DNA of 64,000 nt. It comes from Chiloscyllium plagiosum. Taxonomy: Eukaryota. The stretch's first letter is position 1, and the number at the start of each line of letters is the position of its first letter. Below, piece after piece: positions 48,975-61,196 of this stretch. Made by a program: the position numbers and the translations under genes. The stretch lies in contig NC_057715.1 of NCBI RefSeq assembly GCF_004010195.1, forward strand, positions 76,594,217 to 76,658,216, read 5' to 3'. Below the pieces are notes generated by a model. It had not been told where the DNA came from, did not search any database, and saw only the letters and a program-made list of their open reading frames with translations.

Positions 48975-51590
48975 ACAGAAATGAAAACATATGTCACTGC
49001 AGATTTAATTTTTTTTACTTAAACTTCTACTTTACTGTTGATGTTGTAAAAGAAATGAAGATCAAATAGAATAAACCAAACTATTTACAATTTTTAGGAC
49101 ACAGTTTGAAAGCTTTCAAAGTGCATTATAAAATACAATCCCATCTATCCCACAACATCACTTTACAATATTCAAAATGTCAGAGAATTCCCTACTATAC
49201 AACCAATGCAGGCTTGACTTAACTGCTTCTTTCACTTTCTACTCTGAGAGTTTGATTGTCTCTTTCTCAAGTCGTCACACAACTGATTTTAAATTTTCTT
49301 GTTCTAAACAAACAGTTTGGAATTTTGAAAGTAAAGTCTTTACGCTGAGGTAAATTGCTTCCTAACAGTTTTGAATAATCTCCTTTCAGCAGGAGGAACA
49401 GTTTCATTCATTTAACTTCAAGCACGATCTCTGCAGATTACTACTAAAAGCTTTCCAAGCTATGGTTTCTTTTCCTCTGAGCAAATAAAAAAAACTCAGT
49501 TCCTGATTCTTTTAACTGAAAGCAAGATAATGCTCTTTACACTCCATTGTTAAAACTCTCCCAATGCAAACAAATTCCATTTAATATTTGAGGAGGTATC
49601 CTGTCCTAGTTTAAAAATAACATAGCTCTAGCAATACTGGCAAGTTAATTATTAAAACCTCTCACAAACAGACCAAAGCCCACATACCATAATTCAGCAT
49701 CCACATTCTAAAATTAATTATGATCTATCACACATCTGTATCTCATGTACCAAAAAGGAATAAATATGCAATTGAGGTATGATTAGATGGTATTTTCATT
49801 GCCAATCAAAAATGATCTTGACACGAATTCACTGCCACGTTAACAGTAGTAACAAATTGACATTAAACTTAGAATGAATTACAAAGCAACCATACATTGC
49901 ATAAGTCCATGTGTACCACAGTATTCTGTGTCTTGTATATGTGCTCTTGATAAAACATTCAGCTTTAAAAAAAATTCCTTTCAAGCATTATTTGCAAATT
50001 GTATGGTTAAAGAATTAAGATCCGCTAAAACAATCATAATGTCTTGTTTCGAAGTTTCTCCCAAGAAAATCAAAAGATTGTAATTAACAGTTTGTTCCAC
50101 ATTGCTGATGTATATTTCAACACAGGACTCACTGTCTCCTGCTCAACAGGGTTTGGATATATTTGACATGCAGTCAGTTTCTTACAAAAATAACTGATAC
50201 GTCATTCCATCCCTATCTTGATGTCCTGCAGTAAAACGGCCTCCATATTAATTTTGCTGGCATGAACATCTGGTTTAAATGGCTTCTCAATTTGGTACAG
50301 CGTATACTATGCGCTTGTCAGCACAGCTTTCAATTTCTTAAAGGCCCTCTTGCATTCACATTTTCTGCCTTCAACAAGTCTCAGGGCAACCTTTTCATGC
50401 AGAGTGGAATGGAATAAATTGACAGAGAACGTGGTGGAGGCTGACACAATTGCAACATTTAAAAGGCATCAGGATAGGTATATGAAGAGGAAGGGTTTAA
50501 AGGGATATGGGCCAAGTCATGATGGCAAATGGGACTAGATTTATTTAGGTCAACTGGTCAGCACAGAAGAGTTGCACCGAAGAGTCTGTTTCCGTGCTGT
50601 ACATCTCTGACTCCAGGTTTAAGGTGCAAGAAAATGGCAGAATTTCGGAACAAACTTGCAGTACTATCCTCTCTTACCATCATAACACAAAAATTCAAGT
50701 ACATTCACTTCTCTTGACGCTACTTGATCTTCTTAAAACAGATGACACTCAAATAAGTCACTTTGGCTTTGGCAGATTCACTTTAAACAAGATTAATAAC
50801 CAAACTGGCTTTTGTAGTAAATCAAACAGTTCAGTCAAGTCATGTCAATTCTTCCCAGGTTTGGCTATAATCAAACAAATCACTGATGTAAATGACAGTT
50901 GCATAGTCCTTCAGAAGGTCATTGCATTTTTCATTCCACATGGCATGACTTTGTATTGATAAAGTCCATCTGTTGTTCCCAAAGCCTATCATTGTATGTG
51001 TTCAATTGATTCAATGCAGTCTTTTAATCTTGGAATAGGATACAAGTTTTAATTTTGCTACCATATTTACTTTGCAATAATCAATACAGAATCTTTGTTA
51101 TCCATTCAGTTTCAGTACTATCACAATAGTCAAGCTCTACCTCTTAAAACTCAATTCAACAAAATCATTATTCATCACAAACTTAATCTTCTCCTTCACT
51201 TGAGCAACTTGTCTGGATTGAGTCTGGAATGGTGTTGTTTTACATGTCACACATCCCCTCTATTAATATCATGAACAGCCAAAACTATTCTTCCTGCTCT
51301 ATCCACACAAATTGATTTATCATTCTGTGATGGATTTTGTAAGTTCCTTATAGTTTTATGGATGATGAAACATGATGCTGCCTAATCATTGAAGCATCTC
51401 CATGTTATCAGTCTTATTTCTGGAGGGGAGGGGGGGGTGCAAGGAGAGAATAAACCTTTGAATTTTCAATTTCTGATTTGTTCTCTACGTTGCTACATGA
51501 AGACAGCAAATCAAATCAGCCTCTATATTCTCAACACGACAGAATCAAAACCTTCAAAGACCCTCAAAATTGGCCCCAATGGTTCCTAAC
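48975..51590 (-). mobile_element. Decayed Gypsy (Gmr1-like) fragment: RT/RNase H plus LTR, with a CR1 end inserted at ~50380-50610
   Basis: Minus-strand YPIPRLKDCIE (~51030), DGLYQYKVMPCGMKN (~50950), ASLVINL..ESAKAKVTYL (~50780); LTR-like ~48975-49730. Confidence 0.7.
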
Positions 51591-51652
51591 CAGATTTTGA
51601 TTAACTAGTCCAGACTTTATGAATAATCAATTCCAGACACCAGGTTTGTAGT

Positions 51653-52552
51653 AGGATGGGTTAGTAAATTTGAGGATGACACAAAGATTGGTAGAGTTGT
51701 GGATAGTGATGAAGGATGTTGTAGGTTACAGAGAGACATAAATAAGCTGCAGAGCTGGGAGGAGAGGTGGCAAATGGAGTTTAATGCGGAAAAGTGAGAG
51801 TTGATTCACTTTGGAAGGAGTAACAGAAATGCAGAGTACTGGGATAATGGTAAGATTCTTGGTAGTTAGATGAGCAGAGAGATCTCAGTGTCCAGGTACA
51901 TAGTTCCTTGAAAATTGCCAGCCAGGTTGATAGGGTTGTTAAGAAGTCCTATGGTGTGTAGCTTTTATTGGTAGAGCGATTGAGTTTCGGAAGCATGAGA
52001 TCATTCTGCAGCTGTAAAAAAACTCTGGTGTGGCAGCATTTGGAGTATTGCGTGTAGTTCTGGTCACCACATTATGGGAAGTATGTGGAAGTTTTGGAAA
52101 GGGTTCAGAGGAGATTTATTAGGAAGTTGCCTGGTATGGAGGGAAGGTGTTACGAAGAACGGCTGAGGGACTTGAGGCTGTTTTCGTTAGAGGAAGGTTG
52201 AGAGGTGACTTAATTGAGACATATAAGATAATTAGAGGGTTATATAGGTTGGAAAGTGAGAGCCTTTTTTCTCGGTGATGGCTAACACGAGGGGACATAG
52301 CTTTAAATTGAGGTGTGATAGATATAGGACAGGTGTCAGCAGTAGTTTCTTTACTCAGAGAGTAATAGGGGTGTGGAACGCACTGCCTGCAACAGTAGTA
52401 GACTCACCAACTTTAGGGGCATTTAAATAGTCATTGCATAGGCATCTGGATGAGAATGGAATATAGGTTAGATGGGCTTCAGATTGTTTTGACAAGGCCA
52501 GCACAATATCGAGGGCCGAAGGGCCTGTACTACGCTGTAATGTTCTATGTTC
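51653..52552 (+). mobile_element. CR1 LINE 3' portion (same subfamily as 5500 and 36118)
   Basis: WQMEFNA, LERVQRRF and TRGHSFKL codons; tgttctatgttc tail. Confidence 0.92.
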
Positions 52553-52579
52553 AAAGTAATTTAATTAATGTCTGTTTGG

Positions 52580-53500
52580 ATGTATAGTTAGTAAGATTGC
52601 AAGTGACACCAAAATTGGAGGTGTAGTGGACAGCGAAGAAGGTTACCTCAGAGTACAATGGGATCTTGATCAGATGGGCTGAGGAGTGGCAGGTGGAGTT
52701 TAATTTAGATAAGCGTGAGGTACTGCATTTTGGAAAGGCAAATCAGGGCAGGACTTATACACTTAATGGTAAGGTGTTGGGGAGTGTTGCTGAACAAAGA
52801 GCCCTTGGAGCGCAGGTTCGTTGTTCCTTGAAAGTAGACTCACATATAGATAGGATAGTGAAGAAGACATTTAGTATGCTTTCCTTTATTGGTCAGTGCA
52901 TTGAGTATAGGAGTAGGGAGGTCATGTTGCGGCTGTACAGGACATTAGGCAACTTTTACGATATTGTGTGCAATTCTGGTCTCCCTCCAGTAGGAAGGAT
53001 GTTGTGAAACTTGAAAGGATTCAGAAAAGATTTACAGGGTTGGCAGTATTGAGCGATAGGGAGAGGCTGAATAGGCTGGGGCTGTTTTCCTGGAGCATCG
53101 GAGGTTGAGGAGTGACCTTATAGAGGTTTATGAAATCATGAGGGGCATGGATAGGGAAAATAGACAGTCTTTTCCCTGGGTTGGAGGAGTCCAGAACTAG
53201 AAGGCATAGGTTTAGGGTGAGAGGAGAAAGATATAAAATGGACCTAAGGGACAACATTTTCATGCAAAGGGCGGTGCGTATATAGAATGAGCTGCCAGAG
53301 GAAGTGGTGGAGACTGCTGCAATTACAACATTTAAAAGGCATCTGGATGGGTGCATTGGTAGGATGAGCTTAGAGGGATATGGGCCAAGTGTTGGCAAAT
53401 GGGACTAGATTAATTTAGGATATCTGGTTAGCGTGTACAAGTTGGACCAAAGGGTCTATTTAGGATATCTGGTCAGCGTGTACAAGTTGGACCAAAGCAT
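52580..53500 (+). mobile_element. CR1 LINE 3' portion ending in a 44-bp-period tandem duplication
   Basis: ORF 52666-53007 WAEEWQVEFNLDK..LYRTL; ttaggatatctggt.agcgtgtacaagttggaccaaag occurs twice at ~53415-53497. Confidence 0.92.
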
Positions 53501-53559
53501 CATAGAGATGCTACACATCTCTATGATTATAACTTGTTTTGAGTGCCATCATACAAAAG

Positions 53560-54990
53560 ACAAACAACAAAAACATTTAAAGAATCATTTTTCTTTGAAA
53601 AAGCAAACAACAAAACTGACCAGATTACTAGCAATTTTCATGATGTATTGTTCCACAGGCATATATGAATGTTTTATTGGTTGATTTTTGAAAGATTTTT
53701 TTAAAAGCTACCTTTAATGACAAAGTTAATATCGCGTAAACGACCAACAAAACCAAAACTTACTACTGTTCATTCTTCTTCCCTCCAGATTCTTAACTAC
53801 GATTCAGCTTTGTTGATCAGGTTCTTAAATTCACAGTGGTTTACATTTAGGGTAAAGTGTCAGCAATTACATTTTCTTTCCTTTAATTATAACATATAAT
53901 TTAACATTATATGTTAAATTGCTGCAGATCTAAACTCCATTTGAACAACCTTGTAGTCTTAGGACCAAAACGTTTCAACAAAAGTTAATGAATTATGGTC
54001 AGTAAAATCGAAGTCTTTTAGTTCTCACTTCAAACATAAATTTCAAAATGTTGAAGAGCTGCTAACACTGCCAGTGCTTCCTTTCCTATGGTTGAATATC
54101 TTCTTGATGTCGTTCAGTTTCTCCAAAAACTAAACCACGGGCTTCTCCATTCCAGTCTCGTCATTTTCTAAGAGAATTGCTCCAATCCCCAAATTGATCG
54201 TGTCTACTGCAAATGTAATTGGTTTGTTAAAAGTGAGTGTAATCAATAAATTCATTAAAATTGCTTTTAGCTTTTGAAAGGCTGCCTGGTATTCTGTTGA
54301 CCAGAACATATTTTGTCTATTTTTGTAGCACTATCATTACAGTGCTAAAATTAGGGTTAAAAATGTGATGAAATCTGCACATCCCCAAGAACGTCATTAT
54401 CTCTCATTTTGTTCTAGGGGTGGGAAAGTCAATTAAAGTGTTAACTTCTGCTGTTCTGGTTGACACCTGTCTGTCCTACATATGTCACGTTTGCTTTTGC
54501 AAATTCAGTTTTTGCTGGATTTAATGCCAACCCAGCTAACTACTCATATACAGTTATAAGACCTGCTTACATGTTCCTTCCATGTCATACTCTCTATCAT
54601 GATGTATAAACTACACTGGTCCTTCAGCTGCAACTGTATTTGTTATCCATTAGAATGTAGCTGCAGCATTTTTAATTTATGTTCATTTCTTTTGTTTCCC
54701 TTTCGAGTTCCAGTGCTTTAAGTTTTAATGCTCTTTGGAAATCTTTCTTTTTCCTCTTTCTCTTTCTTTCTTCTGCCCTTTGGAATGCCATCATTTTCTC
54801 ATTTCCATTTGCCTAAACTACAAGTCAGGGTTCTCTAATGCATCCAATGCAGTACTTTTCCCATTTAGTCTCCCTGTTTCCACTAAACCCAACCATTTCA
54901 TTCTTAAATCTACAATTCCTGCTGCCTTATATTCTCTGGCAACTTTATTTCCGATTTGCTGGCTAGATCTACTAGCTTAGCTTCAGTTGT
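53560..54990 (-). mobile_element. Internally deleted Gypsy fragment (gag start joined to RT end/RNase H)
   Basis: Minus-strand FNKPITFAVDTINLGIGAILLENDETGMEKPV (~54135-54235); E/K/R-rich tract ~54740-54800. Confidence 0.65.
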
Positions 54991-56391
54991 ATTGTGCAAC
55001 CATACCAGAGAAACATCCTTATGTCTCTGTATCAACTTAGTGTCCAATTACTCACTCTTAAGTACCAGACTTCAATTCCAGATCTACTTTGTATTTCAAG
55101 ATCCTGGTTGAGTCCCCAGTTGTGTTACAACATGGAGACTGACAACCAAATCAAATCAGGCTCCATCCCTCTGTATACATAGCGCAGTAGACAAGTTTGT
55201 CAAATGTATTTTCCCATGTTGATCCTGTCTGTTTTGACCCTGCCAAGTCAGTGCATACTTTCTAATAAATTCTAATATTTTCCTTACTACTGATATCAGA
55301 TTCCACAATTTAGAGTTTAGAAAGATGATTATCAATGCATCCACTATTTCTATAACCAACACTCTTGAGATGTACATCATCAGGTTCTGAAGATTTGTCA
55401 ATTTTCAGTCTCATTATTTCCCAAATACTTTTTAAAATCAATACTAACCTGTTTAGTTCCTCATTCTTAGTAAGACTTCTGATCATTATCATTTCTAGGG
55501 AATTTGTATTTTCCTGTCTGAAGGCAAAAATTTCCCTATTTCCCATATTTGTGTTAATTGTTTTAAGTTGTCTCTCTTCATTTGTCTCTCTTCATTTGTC
55601 TCTCTTCATTTTCAGTGAGGATTTTTTTGTGTTTTCTGTATTGAAAAAGGATGCAAAATATTTGTTCAGTTTTTCCAACATTTCCTTGTGTTTGTACTTT
55701 CACCATCAGTATATTTGAGATTCATACAGCTCCATGTGCACTAAGACTTTCTGTATCAGCAATCTTTACATCTGCTCACCTTTTAAACAGAAATAAAGCA
55801 TGATACAGCTAAGCCACTGAACAGTAGCTAACCTGACCAGATCATTGTTCACTATGTGTCACACACACTTGCAAATGGGCCAAAGGATCCAGAAAGTGCC
55901 CGGTCCACTTTTTAAAGTTGGAAAAGGAAGCTATCTCAAAAATTCCAACAGCATGCTAGGCAAGATATTTTGAGATACCATGAAAATTAGCTATGCAAGT
56001 GTTATTTTCCACGAGCAGGATGCAGCCATTAGTGCAAAAAGCCATTCTGCCTATCACATAATTAAGTCATGATATGTATAAATTTCAGTGCCATTTGATG
56101 CCAGGTACACCGACTGTATGACACAATAATTGCTGATCAACTCAAACAAACATCCTTCCATTGTTTATAAATGGGTAAAGTGCAAAGCCCAAAATAAAAT
56201 ATCTATAGTGATGTGATTCTGCATTTGGATTGCACTTGTTATACATTCTTGGATGTGCAGCTTGCATCTATTTTTAATTACCTGGAAGCCTGTTGTAGTG
56301 ATTGGAACAAGGTCAGCCAGGTCGATGTTCTAGAATATGATATCCCTGAATGAGGCCATTAACCTGATTAACAGATATGAACAGGAATGGT

Positions 56392-56560
56392 GGGGTGACA
56401 TGGTAGCTCAGTGGTTAGCACTACTGCCTCACAGCACCAGCGTCCCAGGTTCGATTCCAGCCTTGGGTGACTGTCTGTGTGTAGTTTGCACATTCACTGC
56501 ATGAGTTTCCTCCCACAGTCCAAAGATGTGCAGGGCAGGTGAATTACCCAGTGTGCTAGG
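56392..56560 (+). mobile_element. HE1-type SINE, 5' half
   Basis: A-box tagctcagtgg, B-box ggttcgattcc. Confidence 0.85.
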
Positions 56561-56564
56561 TACT

Positions 56565-57055
56565 TTAACACGCTCCTGATCTTCGCGCACCCGGTACGGA
56601 GGAGGGAGGGCAGGTCTGAAGACCTCCTCGTGGGTCTGCTCCTGGGCCTGGCCAAACTGGCCATAAACAGGTCCAGGCAGCGGGCCGTGGAGGGGGTCGT
56701 TAGGGCCGACTGCCTGCCCCTCTTCCGCGGTTACGTTAGGGCCCGGGTGTCCTTGGAGAAGGAGCATGCGGTGTCCACCAACACCCTGGAGTTGTTCAGG
56801 GAGAGGTGGGCGCCGCAGGGAGTGGAGTGTATTATTTCCCCCTCCAACTCTATTTTGATTTAGTCCCTGCCCTCCCCTTCACTGTTTGATCACACAGCAT
56901 TGCCCTTTGATGTGAAGGGCACTGCTTGTCACTGGCCACTCGGGTGTTTTCCTATCTTCCTGGTGGTGGAAATTGATGAACGATTCGTGCACTTTGTGTC
57001 TCTCACTGTGTCTCACAAGAAGAAAAAAATAAAAAAAGAAAAAAGAAAAAAAAAA
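56565..57055 (+). mobile_element. Tx1/L1-clade LINE 3' end (ORF2 C-terminus, 3' UTR, A-rich tail)
   Basis: GC-rich open frame LLLGLAKLAINRSR..FRGYVRARVSLE..FRERW, stop at 56863, A-rich tail 57017-57055. Confidence 0.7.
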
Positions 57056-58319
57056 TGAACAGGAGTGTTCACACCTGCGCGCACACACAGCATGGGTGCT
57101 GGGTTAAAAAAAAAATTAAAAATAAACAGAAGTGTCAGAGATTCTGTTCACTCTGAGAGCTGGCTCTTGAGGGAGCTGGAATGTGTGTGTGTTTGTTTTC
57201 AAGGACTCTCCTCCTTGACTGCGTCAGAGGGAAAGGGGACTGTCTCTGGACCAGCTGCCCAAAAAAAAAGCAGAGTTGTGATCTGAAATGTGCCATCTGA
57301 AGGGGTGGGTGAAGTTGATTTAATAAAAGAGACTTGTGATTAAGACTCAAACCCACGATTTGTGGGTTTAATGATGAGTGTGACTACCCAGTGAAGCACA
57401 AAACGTTTGTGCTTCTACTAATTTTTGAGCTTGTTAAACTGGAGATACTAATAGATGCTGGTGGACTGATTATAGTTAATCCATCAGTGAGACGATGATG
57501 CTAAGAACTGTCCCTTAGCAAAGAAAAAATTTTTCCAGATCACTATGTATCTGGATGTTGTGCTAATAACTGGGAAGATCGATAAAGAGCATTTAGAGAA
57601 CTTGGGCATAGTTTAAATATTTCTCCAAAGGAGTGTTTTCGTGCACCCTGTGTCTTTCACTGTGTCTCACACTTGCACACAAACAACATGGGTGCTGGGG
57701 AAATAGTGTGGAGGTAATAAGAATAAATAAATAAATCGGAGGGGTGACATCCTGCTCACTCTGAGAGCTGGCTGTGAGGGAGCTGGATCAGTGTCAAGGA
57801 CTCTCCACATATAAATAAAGGGTGACTCGGTGATGGGATATCAACCTCTGTGAAGTTATTTCAGTGGCTATGAGAGAAAACCATACTTCTGAAGAAATTC
57901 AATTTCAACATTCATCTTAAAAAAAAGACAGACAAAAATGAACAGGCGTGTTGGTGGCTCAGTGGTTAGCACTGCTGCCTCAAATAGAATAAACCAAACT
58001 ATTTACAATTTTTAGGGCACAGTTTGAAAGCTTTCAAAGTGCATTATAAAATACAATCCCATCTATCCCACAACATCACTCTCCAAAGCATCTTAGGAAG
58101 GAACAGTGTGTGTTCCAGGCACCCAAGTGATCTACTTGGGCTACAGAGTCAACAAGGCCGAGTTACACCCATTGGAAGTGAGGGTGATCAAAGGTATACC
58201 AGAGTTTAGATCTCTCCTTGGAGTGGTGAGTTATTACGGAAAATTCATACATATCCTGGCATCCTTGTATCTTCTATTGAGAAAGGGTCCAACTTGGAAG
58301 CAGTCTCGTAGCCAGGGAG

Positions 58320-59465
58320 GGTTGTTTTTCGGACTGGTGGCCTATCAGTAGCTATGTTCCACAGGGATTGGTTCTGGGTCCTCTTTTGTTTGTCATTTAT
58401 GTAAATAATTTCGGGTGAGAATATAGGAGGCATGGTTAGTAACTGTGGGCAACAGAAAATTGGTGGCATAGTTGACAGTGAAGAAGGTTGTCTAAGATTA
58501 CAAAGGGATCTTGATCAAATCAATAAATGGCCTGAAAAATGACAGGTGGTATTCAAATCTGATAAATGTGAGGTATTGCATTTTGGTACAACAGACAAGG
58601 ATAGGGCTTATACAATTAATGTCAGCACCTTGGGCAGTGTTGTAGAACAGCGGGACCAAGGCATTCAGGTACATAATTCTTTGAAGTTTGCGACACATAT
58701 AGGTATGGTGGTTGAAAAGATGCTTAGCACGCTTGCTTTTATTGCTCAGTCTTGGAGTACAGGTTGTTCTGTTATTACATGCGTTTCGGCAACGCGAATT
58801 GGGGACTCTGCTTCCACAACACAAACTTTAAAAATGTGTTTTGATTGTAACCTGATTACAAAACTTTATAACGCTGGGTTGCACAAGAACGCAACCATCG
58901 CGATACAGAAGTGCTGACTGTATAGAAGTCAGGATGTCATGTTGAAATTGTACAGGATATTGTTGAGACCTCTTCTGGAATCCCCAATTCTGGTCACCCA
59001 GTTATAGGAAGATAAATTATTAAGCTGGAGAGGTTTCAGAAGAGATATACCAGGATGTTTCCGGGTATGGAAAATCTGAGTCATAAAGATAGGCTGGGAC
59101 TTTTTTCAATGGAGCATAGGAGGTTGAGAGGCGATCTGAAAGAAGTTTATAAAATCATGAGGGGTATACGCAGTTATAATGGTAGGTGTATTTTTTATAT
59201 ATATTTAAGGTGAGAAGAGAGAGACTTTAAAAAGACATGGGGGTAAATTTTTTACATAGGGTGGTTTGTGTGTGGAATGAACTTCCTGAGGAAATGGTAG
59301 ATGTGGGCACAGTTACAATGTTTAAAAGACATTTAGATAAGTAAATGAATGAGAACAGTTTGGAGGGATATGGGCTAGGAGCAGACAGGTGGGATTCATC
59401 TAGTTTGGGATTATGTTCGGCACAGACTGGTTGGACCTAAGGGTCTCTTTCCATGGTGTATGACT
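58320..59465 (+). mobile_element. CR1 LINE 3' portion inserted in Gypsy pol
   Basis: VPQG-LVLGPLLF, FKSDKCEVLHFG and WNELPEE codons. Confidence 0.9.
58760..58920. mobile_element. MITE inserted at a TA inside the CR1
   Basis: CR1 gagTA|TAgaag is split; termini caggttgttct.. / ..agaagtgctgactg with TA duplication. Confidence 0.6.
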
Positions 59466-60696
59466 CAGGGAAGTGAATAAGCAGCTTTTGTCATTTAAGC
59501 ATTGGCACAGTACAATGTCAAGTGAAATGTGGTGCTGAAATGTAATGCCTCCCTGTATGGCATCAAGATGATGTTGGCTCACTAGTGGCCCAGCAGAGTG
59601 AACTACCCGATAGCATATGCTTCCTGGACTTTGGCTGATGTACAATGCCCAGATAGAGCACAAAGGTTTTGTGGTCATCTTAGGTGTGCAAAAGTTCCAC
59701 CAGTATCCTTATGAACATAAATTTACAATAGTAATGGACCATAAACCCCTACTAGGGCTACTTAAAGAGGACAGGCCAAATTCAGCGGTGGGCTCCTATT
59801 CGAATTACGTACAATTACAAGTTGGAATACCTTAGGGAGACCAAGTAGCAAATGTGGATACCTTGAACTGCCTCCCACTGGTGGATACACTAAAGGCAGT
59901 GCCGCCACCAGAAGACTCTGTTCTGGTTTAAAACTTTGTGGACACCCTTCTGATCACCACTGACAATGTCAAACTACAGATGTAAAAAGATCCCATCCTG
60001 GCAAATCTAAAACAACTGGTGGTAATAGAGAAACAAAAGGACCATCGCAATTAAAATTGAAAGCTTTCTGGACCTGGCAAGACTAGATTACCATGGAGAA
60101 TGGCATTATTATGGGGAACAAGGGTGATAGTCCAAATACTGGCTTAATTCCACCAGGGTCATCCAGTACTTTCCAAAATGAAGATTTTGGTGAGTAATTA
60201 TGTCTGGTGGCCAGGATTGGATGCTGAGATAGCTGTATGGGTGGGGCAGTGTCCAGCAAGGACAAAAATTACCACAGCAGCTCCCTCACATTATGTGGAA
60301 ATGGCCAAGTAAACCCTGGATTCGGTTGCACATTGACTACCCACTCCTTTCATGGGCTCTATGTTTTTAGTCATTGTGGACATCCATTAAAGAAGTTGGA
60401 TGTACATAGAGTTCATTTATTAAACACAGGGGCAACAATAGAAACACTGTCTGCATCTTTTGCAATACATGGACTCCCAGAGGTGTTGGTCACAGACAAC
60501 AGGCCATTGTTTATCAACAGGGAGTTTGATTAGTTCCTAAAGTTGAATGACATTCAGCATTTAAGAACAGCTCCATACCATCTATTGTCCAATGGTTTGG
60601 TGGAAACAGCAGTCCAAACTTATTGAGGGAGTCTGCAGCTCACTTGATACGAAACTGTCCCAGTTCCTGTTTGATTATAGGACCATCCCTCATGCA

Positions 60697-61196
60697 NNNN
60701 NNNNNNNNNNNNNNNNNNNNNNNNNNNNNNNNNNNNNNNNNNNNNNNNNNNNNNNNNNNNNNNNNNNNNNNNNNNNNNNNNNNNNNNNNNNNNNNNNNNN
60801 NNNNNNNNNNNNNNNNNNNNNNNNNNNNNNNNNNNNNNNNNNNNNNNNNNNNNNNNNNNNNNNNNNNNNNNNNNNNNNNNNNNNNNNNNNNNNNNNNNNN
60901 NNNNNNNNNNNNNNNNNNNNNNNNNNNNNNNNNNNNNNNNNNNNNNNNNNNNNNNNNNNNNNNNNNNNNNNNNNNNNNNNNNNNNNNNNNNNNNNNNNNN
61001 NNNNNNNNNNNNNNNNNNNNNNNNNNNNNNNNNNNNNNNNNNNNNNNNNNNNNNNNNNNNNNNNNNNNNNNNNNNNNNNNNNNNNNNNNNNNNNNNNNNN
61101 NNNNNNNNNNNNNNNNNNNNNNNNNNNNNNNNNNNNNNNNNNNNNNNNNNNNNNNNNNNNNNNNNNNNNNNNNNNNNNNNNNNNNNNNNNNNNNNN
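60697..61196. other. Assembly gap (500 N)
   Basis: Run of N. Confidence 1.

Larger units (their letters stand above)
56291..60696 (+). mobile_element. Decayed Gypsy element (LTR, RT, RNase H, integrase) with nested insertions, running into the gap
   Basis: LTR TG at 56291 to CA at 57863, PBS-like tggctatgag; QVIYLGY..LGVVSYYGKFI (58106-58351), GVQKFHQY..DHKPLLGL (59617-59835), HGLPEVLVTDN (~60470-60500). Confidence 0.8.
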
